From: Candidatus Metaruminococcus caecorum
GTDB lineage: Bacteria; Bacillota; Clostridia; Oscillospirales; Ruminococcaceae
NCBI GenBank assembly: GCA_904420045.1
Contig: CAJFTY010000024.1
Span: 524 to 64,523, forward strand
DNA length: 64,000 nucleotides
Direction of reading: 5' to 3'
Shown here: positions 47,246-55,454 of the stretch, piece after piece
Layout: the number at the start of each line of letters is the position of its first letter
Position numbering within the stretch: position 1 is the stretch's first letter
Notes under the pieces: generated by a model
What the model saw: the letters and a program-made list of their open reading frames with translations, nothing else
What the model was told of the DNA's origin: nothing
The model's database searches: none
Program-made: the position numbers and the translations under genes

Positions 47246-47911
47246 CTATAACAGCTTGGTGCCGTTGACCAGAAGCCGGAAATGCAGCCCCAAAAACTCC
47301 GCGGCCTTGCGGCACAACAGCATCCGGTTTAAAAAGATTTCAAAGTAATCCATCACCGCGCAGATCTCGGTGTCGATGGTCAGGGACAGCACGCAGGCGC
47401 GCTTGTCCTCGCTGATGGCTACCTGGGAGCTTTCCACCGCGAAGTTCACCCGGTCGTGGATGTCAAAGGTGGCAACGTCCCGGTTACGCACACGGGTGCG
47501 GCGCACATCGCTTTTGTCCGCGATAATCAGCGCGGCGGTCACCGCGTTGACCGGTGTTCCGGTTCCCTCGTCGTGGTTGCCGATGGCGGCGATGACGGTG
47601 GCGAGCTCCCCGGGGTCCATCCCCAGGTTGTCCAGAATCCGAAACGCCATGTTGGCGCCCGACAGAGCATGATCCACCCGGTTGATGATGTTTCCGATGT
47701 CGTGTAGATACCCAGCGATCTTTGCCAGCTCCACCGTGCGGTCGGAAAATCCCAGCGTCTTTAAAATAGAGGCTGCGTTTTCCGCCACCCGGGTCACATG
47801 GGCGAAGGCGTGCTCGGTGTAGCCGATGGCGCACAGGGCCTCGTCCGCTTTTTTGATATAGGTGCGGATCGCGTCGTTTTGTTTAATTTGTTCATAGGTG
47901 ACAAGGCTCAT
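47246..47911 (-). CDS. HD-domain phosphohydrolase
   Basis: The H...HD motif is HAFAHVTRV...AGYLHDIGN, with a later GNHD. RBS is AAAGGA. Confidence 0.8.
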   Translation of the reverse strand: MSLVTYEQIKQNDAIRTYIKKADEALCAIGYTEHAFAHVTRVAENAASILKTLGFSDRTVELAKIAGYLHDIGNIINRVDHALSGANMAFRILDNLGMDPGELATVIAAIGNHDEGTGTPVNAVTAALIIADKSDVRRTRVRNRDVATFDIHDRVNFAVESSQVAISEDKRACVLSLTIDTEICAVMDYFEIFLNRMLLCRKAAEFLGLHFRLLVNGTKLL

Positions 47912-47934
47912 AAGATGCGTCCTTTCTGTCTGAA

Positions 47935-49761
47935 TTACATCGACTGCACCAGGTCGTACAGTTCCTGGGCGGTCTGGGCCGGAACTCCCGCGGCCTTTTG
48001 AAGCTCCTGAAGAGTCGCGCTTTTTAACGCTTCTTTGGTCTTAAAGGCGGTAATGAGTTTAATGGCTTTTTTCTCACCGATGCCGTTTATTTTTGTGAGT
48101 TCCAGCTGAAAGGAGCTTTTTTTGTGCACCTTCCGCTGGTAGGAAATGGCGAACCGGTGAACCTCATCCTGAATTCTGGTGACCATGGTAAAGGCGGAGC
48201 GGTTGGCGCTGATGGCGATCTCCCCGCCGTCGGTGGCGATGGCCCGGGTGCGGTGCTTGTCGTCCTTGACCATGCCAAACACAGGAATGGTAAATCCCAT
48301 CTCCCGGATCAGGGGCTCCACGGTGGAGACATGCCCCTTGCCGCCGTCCAGCAGGATCAGGTCGGGCAGCCGGCCAAACCCTTCGCCGGAGTCCTTTTCC
48401 TCCTGATAGCGGTTGAGCCGCCGGGTGAGCACCTGCTTCATAGAGGCATAGTCGTCCGCGCCCGCCATGTCCTTGAGGGCGAACCGCTTATAGGCGGACT
48501 TTAACGGCCGCCCGTTTTCAAACACCACCATACCCGCCACAATTCCGGAATCCCCCAGGTTGGAGATGTCGTAGGCCTCGATGTAATAAGGCGCGGCGGG
48601 AAGTCCCAACAGCCTTGCAAGCTCGTCTAGTGCAGCCACCTCCCGGCCGGTGCGTCCCACCCGGTCGGACAGCTGCTCCGACGCGTTGTTCATGGCCATG
48701 AGGGTGAGCTTTTTCTGCTCCCCCCGCTGGGGAACAGCGATGGTCACGCTGTGGCCCGCCAGGGAGGACAGCCACCGGTGCAAAAGCTCCAGATCATCCA
48801 CCGGCTCGTCCAACGTAACCAGTTTTGGAATGTCTTGATTCCCGGCGTAATACCGGGTGATAAATTCGTTTCGGGCTCCCGCCAGGTCAAAGGTGTCGGG
48901 CAGAACAAAGGTCTCCTTGTCCGTCAGGCGGCCGCCCCTGAATTTAAGCACCACAAACGCCGCCATGTCGTAGTTTTGCGCCCCCGCGATCACATCCTGG
49001 TTTTTCTCGTCCCCGGTGATAATCTTCTGGGTCTGGGCGATGCGCTCAATGGCCCGGATGCGGTCCCGCAGATGGGCGGCCTTTTCAAAGTCCAGCGCCT
49101 CGGCGGCGGCTTCCATCTGCCGGGTCAGCTCCTGCACCGACTGGACGCTGCCGGTTTTGATGTAGTCCAGCGCCTGGCGGATGATCTCCTGATATTCGTC
49201 CTCGCTGTACCGCCCCTGGCAGACCCCCATGCATTTTTTGATGTGAAAGTTTAAGCAGGGCCTTGCTTTTTTAAAATCCTCCGGGAATTTCCGGCGGCAG
49301 GAGGGGAGCAAAAACACCCGGTTGGCTTCTTCCACTGCCTGTTTGACCGAATAGCTGCTGGTATACGGCCCCAAAAAACGGTCGTGATCGTTTTTTTGTT
49401 TGGCCGCGGAAATTCGGGGAAAGGGCTCGTTGGTGACCTGGATATAATGATAGCCTTTGTCATCCTTGAGCAAAATATTATATTTTGGATTGTATTGTTT
49501 AATCAGGCTGCATTCCAGCACCAGGGCTTCGAACTCGCTGTCGGTCACAATGTAGTCAAAGTCGTAGACATTTTCCACCATCTTGCGGACCTTTTCGTCG
49601 TGTTTGGCTCCGGTGCGGAAATAGCTGCGCACCCGGTTGGTGAGGACCTTAGCCTTGCCCACATAGATCACCTTGCCGGTGCGGTCCTTCATCAGGTAAA
49701 CGCCCGGGGAGGTGGTCAGTTCCCGGGCCTTTTTTTGCAAGTATTCGATGCGCTCGTTCAC
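47935..49761 (-). CDS. uvrC: Excinuclease ABC subunit C
   Basis: The GIY-YIG motif is GVYLMKDRTGKVIYVGKAK, with a UvrBC-interaction region and a C-terminal (HhH)2 domain. I chose GTG at 49761 (RBS AAGGAGG 6 nt upstream) rather than the track start at 49824. Confidence 0.93.
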   Translation of the reverse strand: MNERIEYLQKKARELTTSPGVYLMKDRTGKVIYVGKAKVLTNRVRSYFRTGAKHDEKVRKMVENVYDFDYIVTDSEFEALVLECSLIKQYNPKYNILLKDDKGYHYIQVTNEPFPRISAAKQKNDHDRFLGPYTSSYSVKQAVEEANRVFLLPSCRRKFPEDFKKARPCLNFHIKKCMGVCQGRYSEDEYQEIIRQALDYIKTGSVQSVQELTRQMEAAAEALDFEKAAHLRDRIRAIERIAQTQKIITGDEKNQDVIAGAQNYDMAAFVVLKFRGGRLTDKETFVLPDTFDLAGARNEFITRYYAGNQDIPKLVTLDEPVDDLELLHRWLSSLAGHSVTIAVPQRGEQKKLTLMAMNNASEQLSDRVGRTGREVAALDELARLLGLPAAPYYIEAYDISNLGDSGIVAGMVVFENGRPLKSAYKRFALKDMAGADDYASMKQVLTRRLNRYQEEKDSGEGFGRLPDLILLDGGKGHVSTVEPLIREMGFTIPVFGMVKDDKHRTRAIATDGGEIAISANRSAFTMVTRIQDEVHRFAISYQRKVHKKSSFQLELTKINGIGEKKAIKLITAFKTKEALKSATLQELQKAAGVPAQTAQELYDLVQSM

Positions 49762-49790
49762 GTAGAGCCTCCTTTTCTTGGAAGAGGAAG

Positions 49791-49827
49791 AAAGAACAAA
49801 AGCGCTGCCTATGGGATTAGGCAACGC
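49791..49827 (-). terminator. Possible terminator of ptsH (minus strand)
   Basis: On the minus strand: GCGTTGCCT (AATCCCAT) AGGCAGCGC followed by TTTTGTTCTTT, with one mismatch in the stem. Confidence 0.45.
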
Positions 49828-49853
49828 TCTGTAGCTGCATTTACGTCAAAGAA

Positions 49854-50117
49854 TTACTCGGAAAAGCCGGATTCCACCAGTTTCACCAGGCCATCCACAG
49901 CTTCCTGCTCGTCCACACCGTCTGCGATGACACGGATGTCGGTGCCGCCCATAATGCCCAGAGAGAGCACGCCAAGCAGGCTTTTCGCATTGACGCGGCG
50001 CTCCTCTTTTTCCACCCAGATGGAGGATTTATATTCGTTGGCTTTCTGAATAAAAAACGTGGCGGGTCTTGCGTGCAGACCAACTTGATTCTGAACCGTT
50101 ACATCTTTTACGTACAT
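49854..50117 (-). CDS. ptsH: Phosphocarrier protein HPr
   Basis: The His-15 site is GLHARPA and the Ser-46 site is NAKSLLGVLSLG. Length is 87 aa. Confidence 0.93.
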   Translation of the reverse strand: MYVKDVTVQNQVGLHARPATFFIQKANEYKSSIWVEKEERRVNAKSLLGVLSLGIMGGTDIRVIADGVDEQEAVDGLVKLVESGFSE

Positions 50118-50169
50118 ATATTGACTCTCCTATACTACACAAGATTGTAATGATTTGACCGATGGGACT

Positions 50170-50197
50170 ATTATACCATATCATACCCCGCCGTCAA
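50170..50197 (-). promoter_or_regulatory. Sigma-A-type promoter of ptsH with extended -10 (minus strand)
   Basis: On the minus strand: TTGACG (50197..50192), a 16 nt spacer, then TGgTATAAT (50175..50170). Confidence 0.6.
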
Positions 50198-50332
50198 TCG
50201 CGCGGTGCGGGTTTTTCACGGAATTCTGAAAAATTCTGCTTTAGTCCCGATAAATGGCCTCCGAAAAATTCAATGATTGTATAAAATTACTATAATATTT
50301 TCAACAATCTCGTCACTATTGATTATGCGCTG

Positions 50333-51070
50333 CTATTCCGGTTTGTGCCTGAATTCCTCTAGGAATTTCCGGTCCTGGGGAGTGAGTTCGGCGGTTTCCA
50401 GCATATCCGGGCGCTTTTGCAGGGTGCGGATAAGGCTTTGTTCCCTCCGCCAGCGTTCGATGTTGGCATGATGGCCGGTCAGCAGAATTTCCGGCACCCG
50501 GCGGCCGTCCCACACCTCGGGGCGGGAGTACTGGGGGTATTCCAGCAGGCCGTTGTAATGGCTTTCCAGCTCAAAGCACTCCGGGTCGGACAGCACCCCG
50601 TCGCACAGCCGGGCCACGCAGTCCGCCAGCATCAGCGCCGGGAGCTCCCCGCCGGTGAGCACAAAATCCCCGATGGAGATTTCCTCGTCTACCAGCTTGT
50701 CCAGCACCCGCTCGTCCACGCCCTCGTAGTGGCCGCAGAGCAAAAACAGGTGGGGGAGCTTGGAGAGCTCCACCGCCTTTTGCTGGGTGAGTTTCTGCCC
50801 TTGTGGGGACAGATAGATCACATGGGGCGTGCTCCCGGCCTTTTCACACACGGCGGAGTAGCACCGGTCAATGGGGTCGGCTTGCATGACCATTCCCATG
50901 CCGCCGCCATAGGGCGCGTCGTCCACCCGTTTCTGCTTGCTCAGCGTGTAGTCCCGGATGTTGTGGCACTCCACCGTGATGGCGCCCTTTTTGCGGGCAC
51001 GTCCGATGATGCTTTCCCCCATGACGGCCTCGCACATGTCGGGGAACAGGGTGGCAATATCAATCCTCAT
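50333..51070 (-). CDS. trmD: tRNA (guanine37-N1)-methyltransferase
   Basis: MRIDIATLFPDM, LLCGHYEGVDERV and LTGGELPALMLADCVARL are present. I prefer ATG 51070 over the TTG at 51076. Confidence 0.93.
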   Translation of the reverse strand: MRIDIATLFPDMCEAVMGESIIGRARKKGAITVECHNIRDYTLSKQKRVDDAPYGGGMGMVMQADPIDRCYSAVCEKAGSTPHVIYLSPQGQKLTQQKAVELSKLPHLFLLCGHYEGVDERVLDKLVDEEISIGDFVLTGGELPALMLADCVARLCDGVLSDPECFELESHYNGLLEYPQYSRPEVWDGRRVPEILLTGHHANIERWRREQSLIRTLQKRPDMLETAELTPQDRKFLEEFRHKPE

Positions 51071-51584
51071 GGTCAAACAGCCCTTTCAGCGGTGTAATTT
51101 CCATCCGGCCGGCGGCCAGGTCGGTTTTCTGGATCACGTCGGGGATGGCGGGAATCAGCACGTTGTTCCCCTTGTCGTCGGTGACCTGGTAGACATCGTT
51201 GGCGCCCGTTTCAAACACATCGGTCAGGGTGCCATATACAAGCTCCGGATTTCCGGCGTCTGCCACCGTCAGGCCGATCAGGTCCTGGATGAAGTAGGTC
51301 CCTTCGGGCAGGGAAACCTGCTCCCGGTCGCAGTACAAAATTTTGCCGATGAGCGCGGAAGCGGCGTCTACCGTGTCCACACCGGCGAATTTTACCACCA
51401 TCACGTTTTTGTGAGGCCGCGCGCGCACCACCTCCAGGGTTTCGGCGCCCCGGCGCAGGTACAGCTGTTCAAATTGGGCGAAAAAGTCCGGGGAGCTGCA
51501 CCAGGGCTGCACCCGAACCTCCCCGGCGATGCCGTGGGTGGTCACAATTTTTCCGATTTCCAAATAGCGTTTTTGCTTGTCCAT
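51060..51584 (-). CDS. rimM: 16S rRNA processing protein RimM
   Basis: YLEIGKIVTTHGIAGEVRVQPW is the N-terminal beta-barrel motif. I chose ATG 51584 (RBS AAGGAAGGA) over the track start at 51686. Confidence 0.9.
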   Translation of the reverse strand: MDKQKRYLEIGKIVTTHGIAGEVRVQPWCSSPDFFAQFEQLYLRRGAETLEVVRARPHKNVMVVKFAGVDTVDAASALIGKILYCDREQVSLPEGTYFIQDLIGLTVADAGNPELVYGTLTDVFETGANDVYQVTDDKGNNVLIPAIPDVIQKTDLAAGRMEITPLKGLFDHED

Positions 51585-51689
51585 GTGGGCAGTCCTTCCT
51601 TTCCGGGCGTGAGGCGGTGAATTGTGACAAAGAGAAAACAAGGGAATGCCGAATATCCGGCATTCCCCCAAGTTTTCTGGATCCACCGC

Positions 51690-51923
51690 CTAGTCGATTT
51701 CAACCATGATTTTCTGGTTGATCCGACTGGCGCCCGCCCGCATCAGCGTGCGCAGCGCTTTGGCGATCCGGCCCTGTTTTCCGATGACGCGGCCCATATC
51801 GTCGGGGGCGACGTTTAAATGATAAACGACAATGCCTTCTTCGTTGGGCTCGTCCACGGTGACGCGGACGGCGTCTTTGTCTTCCACAAGGCCTTTTGCG
51901 ATGGTTTTGAGTAATTCTTCCAT
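51690..51923 (-). CDS. KH-domain RNA-binding protein (YlqC family)
   Basis: The motif is DDMGRVIGKQGRIAKALRTL (GxxG KH loop). It occupies the conserved position between rpsP and rimM. Confidence 0.9.
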   Translation of the reverse strand: MEELLKTIAKGLVEDKDAVRVTVDEPNEEGIVVYHLNVAPDDMGRVIGKQGRIAKALRTLMRAGASRINQKIMVEID

Positions 51924-52022
51924 ACCTGTACCCTCGATTCATGATCCGGCGATGGAGCGGGACGGCGCGCGCCGCCTCGCTGCCGCGGCCCCCAATCGGG
52001 AACCGTTACGCAGTGTCTGACA

Positions 52023-52265
52023 CTACATAGCGCCGCCGTCTTTCAAAATCTTCTTCACGGTATCGGTGGGTTGCGCGCCGTTTGCGATCCATTTCTGGGC
52101 CTTGTCGGCGTCGACTTTGATTACGCTGGGCTCTTTGGTGGGATCGTAGTAACCGATCTCCTCGATGAACCGGCCGTCGCGGGGATATCTGGAATCCGCA
52201 ACGACGATGCGGTAGAAGGGAGCTTTTTTGCCGCCCATCCGACGAAGTCTTATTTTAACAGCCAT
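52023..52265 (-). CDS. rpsP: 30S ribosomal protein S16
   Basis: [35 protein letters not shown]. The ATG is at 52265 after RBS AGGAGGTG. Confidence 0.96.
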   Translation of the reverse strand: MAVKIRLRRMGGKKAPFYRIVVADSRYPRDGRFIEEIGYYDPTKEPSVIKVDADKAQKWIANGAQPTDTVKKILKDGGAM

Positions 52266-52360
52266 GACTGTCACCTCCTGCAACCGGATATCCGGCCAAA
52301 ATTTCTATTTACACCCCGCGTAAGCGGGAGTGAAACCGAGTGTAATTCATGTTTCGAAGT

Positions 52361-53713
52361 TTATCCCATCGGGGGCATGCCCGGCGGGGGCATCATGGGG
52401 ATTCGCCGTTTGCCTTTTTTGCCCTTCATGCCGCCCAGCTGCTTCATCATCTTCTGCATCTGTTCAAACTGGCGAAGCAGCTTGTTGACGTCCTCCACCT
52501 TGGTGCCGCTGCCCGCAGCGATGCGCCGCTTGCGGCTGGGGTTGATGATGGAGGGCTTTTCCCGCTCCTTGGGGGTCATGGAGGTGATGATCGCCTCGAT
52601 GCGGTACATCTGGCGGTCGTCCACATCCACGTTTTCCAACTGTTTCCCCACCCCGGGGAGCATAGACATGATCTGCTTTAACGGGCCCATCTTGCGGATC
52701 TGCCGCATCTGGTCCAGCAGATCGTTCATATCAAAGCTTGATTCCTTGAGCTTTTTGGCGAGCTTTTGGGCGTCTTTTTCGTTGACCTGGTTCTGGGCTT
52801 TTTCGATCAGGGTGAGCATGTCGCCCATCCCCAAAATCCGGGAGGCCATCCGCTCGGGGTGGAACGGCTCCAGATCCTCCAGCTTTTCGCCGATGCCGGC
52901 GAACTTAATGGGCTTTCCGGTGACGGCCAGCACGGACAGGGCGGCGCCTCCGCGGGTGTCACCGTCCAGCTTTGTGAGCACCACGCCGTCAATTCCCAGG
53001 GCTTCATTGAAGGACTGGGCCACATTGACCGCGTCCTGGCCGGTCATGGCGTCCACCACCAGCAGGATTTCGTCGGGGGTGACCTCCGCCTTGACCCGTT
53101 TGAGCTCATCCATCAGCTCCTCGTCGATGTGCAGGCGGCCGGCGGTGTCCAGAATTACGATGTCGTTGCCGTAATCCTTAGCCTGGCGCACCGCCTCCCG
53201 GGCGATCTTGACCGGGTCGGCTTTGCCCATTTCAAACACCTTGGCGCCGGCCTTTTCACCCACAACCTGAAGCTGTTCAATGGCGGCGGGGCGGTAAACA
53301 TCGCAGGCCACCAGCAAAGGACGGTGCCCCTGGGAGAGAAAGTGCTTGGCGAGCTTTGCCGAATGGGTGGTTTTACCGCTTCCCTGAAGGCCGCACATCA
53401 TGATGACACAGGGTGGCTTGGAGGGGAACTTGATGCGGGAGTTTTCGCTGCCCATCAGGGAACAGAGCTCCTCGTTGACAATTTTGATGACCTGCTGGGC
53501 GGGGGTTAGGCTTTCCAGCACCTCGCTGCCCACGCAGCGTTCGCTGACTTTGGAGACAAAATCCTTGACGACCTTATAGTTAACATCCGCTTCCAGCAGG
53601 GCGAAGCGGACCTCGCGCATGGCCTCTTTTACATCGGCCTCGTTTAACTTACCCTTGGACCGCAGGCGTTTGAACGCGGCGGAGAGTTTGTCGGAAAGCC
53701 CTTCAAATGCCAT
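52361..53713 (-). CDS. ffh: Signal recognition particle protein Ffh
   Basis: The NG domain has GLQGSGKTT, DTAGR and TKLDGD. The C-terminal M domain is Met-rich (QMQKMMKQLGGMKGKKGKRRIPMMPPPGMPPMG). Confidence 0.97.
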   Translation of the reverse strand: MAFEGLSDKLSAAFKRLRSKGKLNEADVKEAMREVRFALLEADVNYKVVKDFVSKVSERCVGSEVLESLTPAQQVIKIVNEELCSLMGSENSRIKFPSKPPCVIMMCGLQGSGKTTHSAKLAKHFLSQGHRPLLVACDVYRPAAIEQLQVVGEKAGAKVFEMGKADPVKIAREAVRQAKDYGNDIVILDTAGRLHIDEELMDELKRVKAEVTPDEILLVVDAMTGQDAVNVAQSFNEALGIDGVVLTKLDGDTRGGAALSVLAVTGKPIKFAGIGEKLEDLEPFHPERMASRILGMGDMLTLIEKAQNQVNEKDAQKLAKKLKESSFDMNDLLDQMRQIRKMGPLKQIMSMLPGVGKQLENVDVDDRQMYRIEAIITSMTPKEREKPSIINPSRKRRIAAGSGTKVEDVNKLLRQFEQMQKMMKQLGGMKGKKGKRRIPMMPPPGMPPMG

Positions 53714-53735
53714 GTTGCTCCTCCTCTAAATGACG

Positions 53736-54110
53736 TTAGCTGTTTTCCTCCGAGATTTGGCGGGCCAGCAGGCGGATCTCTTTGAGATTCCGCTCCAGCT
53801 CCCCGGAGTATTTGTATTGATCGTTGATTTCATAGGAGCGTTCGGCCAGCTCGCGGATGCGCTCCAGCGCCTGTTCCATGTCGTAAAACCGCTCGGCCAG
53901 GCGAAGCTTATCCTCCAGCTCGAACAAAAAGACCTCGCCCCGCTTGATCCCATCCCGCACACCCTGGCGGGTGATTTTTTTCAGCTCCGCGATTTCGGAG
54001 AGGGACAGGTCCTCGTTGTAATAAAGCTCGATCAGGTCGCGCTGCTTATCGGTGAGCATGTTGCCGTAAAAATCCAACAGGGTGGATACCCTCAGGTTTT
54101 TTGTTGCCAT
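53736..54110 (-). CDS. ylxM: YlxM (UPF0122) sigma-70-region-4-like DNA-binding protein
   Basis: LLDFYGNMLTDKQRDLIELYYNEDLSLSEIAE. It sits immediately upstream of ffh, as in other Firmicutes. The ATG is at 54110 after RBS AGGAGG. Confidence 0.9.
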   Translation of the reverse strand: MATKNLRVSTLLDFYGNMLTDKQRDLIELYYNEDLSLSEIAELKKITRQGVRDGIKRGEVFLFELEDKLRLAERFYDMEQALERIRELAERSYEINDQYKYSGELERNLKEIRLLARQISEENS

Positions 54111-54355
54111 AAACAGCCTCCTGTTCAAAATCAAAGAAAGCTTTTTCCCTTTACACTTGTTTGAGTATACAGGAGAAGTTCTGCTTTGTCAAGGGGTTTG
54201 CTTTACATTTACAAAAAAATTGTCGCAGCCTTGTAAAAAACAGAAAGAACCTCGTTTTTCTGGGGAAATCCGCCGGGACAAACAAAATTGCGCGCCGGAC
54301 ACATATAAATAAGGAAAGCGGAATTTTTCCGCGCTGTGAAACGGGGGAGTCAACC

Positions 54356-55042
54356 ATGTTTTCTGCACTGATTTCGTTTGTGGCAACGCATCTTTTGTAC
54401 TTTGCACTGCATCTGGAGGGGAACGGCTCGTTCCCCAAACCTCTGTCTGCCAAGGAGGAAAAGCTGTGCTTCGATCAAATGGCAGCCGGGGACTTAAAGG
54501 CCCGGGATAAGCTGATTGAGCACAACCTGCGGCTGGTGGCGCACATTATTAAAAAGTACTACTCCGCCACCAACGACCAGGAGGATTTGATCTCCATCGG
54601 CACAGTGGGGCTGATCAAAGCGGTGGGGACGTTCGATTACAGCAAAGGCACCCGGTTTGCAACCTATGCGTCCAGGTGCATAGAAAACGAAATCCTGATG
54701 CACTTCCGAAACCTGAAAAAAACCTCAGGTGAGGTGTACATCAACGATCCCATTGATATGGACAAAGAGGGCAATACCCTGACCATGATGGACATTGTTG
54801 CCGACGACGAAAACATCATCGACAGCATTGATCTGAAACTGCGTTCCGAACAGCTCCACAAGCACATTGAAGGGGCGCTGGACGAGCGGGAACAGACCAT
54901 CATCAAGCTCCGCTATGGCTTGGGTGGCCGCAGGCCGATGACCCAGCGGGAAGTTGCGTCCAAGCTGCACATCTCCCGGTCGTATGTCAGCCGGATTGAA
55001 AAAAAGGCGCTGCTGATCCTCCGAAAAAAGATGGAGCAGTAA
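54356..55042 (+). CDS. sigK: Sporulation sigma factor K (pro-sigma-K, uninterrupted)
   Basis: The pro-sequence and cleavage region (LLYFALHLEGNGSFPKPLSAKEE) resemble B. subtilis pro-SigK (YVKNNAFPQPLSSSEE). EHNLRLVAHIIKKY, CIENEILMHFR and ISRSYVSRIEKKAL are present. I chose ATG 54356 over the track start at 54161. Confidence 0.88.
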   Translation: MFSALISFVATHLLYFALHLEGNGSFPKPLSAKEEKLCFDQMAAGDLKARDKLIEHNLRLVAHIIKKYYSATNDQEDLISIGTVGLIKAVGTFDYSKGTRFATYASRCIENEILMHFRNLKKTSGEVYINDPIDMDKEGNTLTMMDIVADDENIIDSIDLKLRSEQLHKHIEGALDEREQTIIKLRYGLGGRRPMTQREVASKLHISRSYVSRIEKKALLILRKKMEQ

Positions 55043-55073
55043 AATATGCGGTCGCTGGGCATATCGCCTGGAA

Positions 55074-55108
55074 CAGCCCCCGGAGCAGATTTTCTCCGGG
55101 GGCTGTTT
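55074..55108 (+). terminator. Rho-independent terminator of sigK
   Basis: A 12 bp stem CAGCCCCCGGAG / CTCCGGGGGCTG followed by TTT. Confidence 0.8.
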
Positions 55109-55454
55109 GGATGTTTGGAGCACGCCTGATTTTTTTCCTAGAATTGTGTATAAGCGAACGGTTATACATCGCTCGGCAAATGCCTCTGGTCACAAATTCG
55201 TGTCGACTGAGAGAAGAAAAATTGAAACTGGTTATTGCATTCAAAATTTAAACTTGTTATACTCAACGTAGATCAAATATAAGAATTGGCTTTGCAGCAG
55301 GCCAAGTGGTAAACAGGCTTGGTGAGGATTTGTCACAGGACGTTTTTATGCGCGTTTTTGTGGTGCGGCTGTGAAAGCGCATAAAAGCGGGCTGGAACAG
55401 TGGCCTGGAAAGGATTTTCCGGCTGCGGCTGCTCTGGCTGAAAGGGGTGATGTC

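Noticed and set aside
52071-53174. A 367 aa plus-strand ORF and neighbouring plus ORFs across 52.3-53.5 kb
   Set aside because: They are antisense to ffh and rpsP, which are certain calls.
54161-54355. A 65-residue N-terminal extension of sigK in the track ORF
   Set aside because: The extension lies in the promoter region shared with ylxM and has no RBS. ATG 54356 (RBS GGGGGAG) gives the expected roughly 20-residue pro-sequence.
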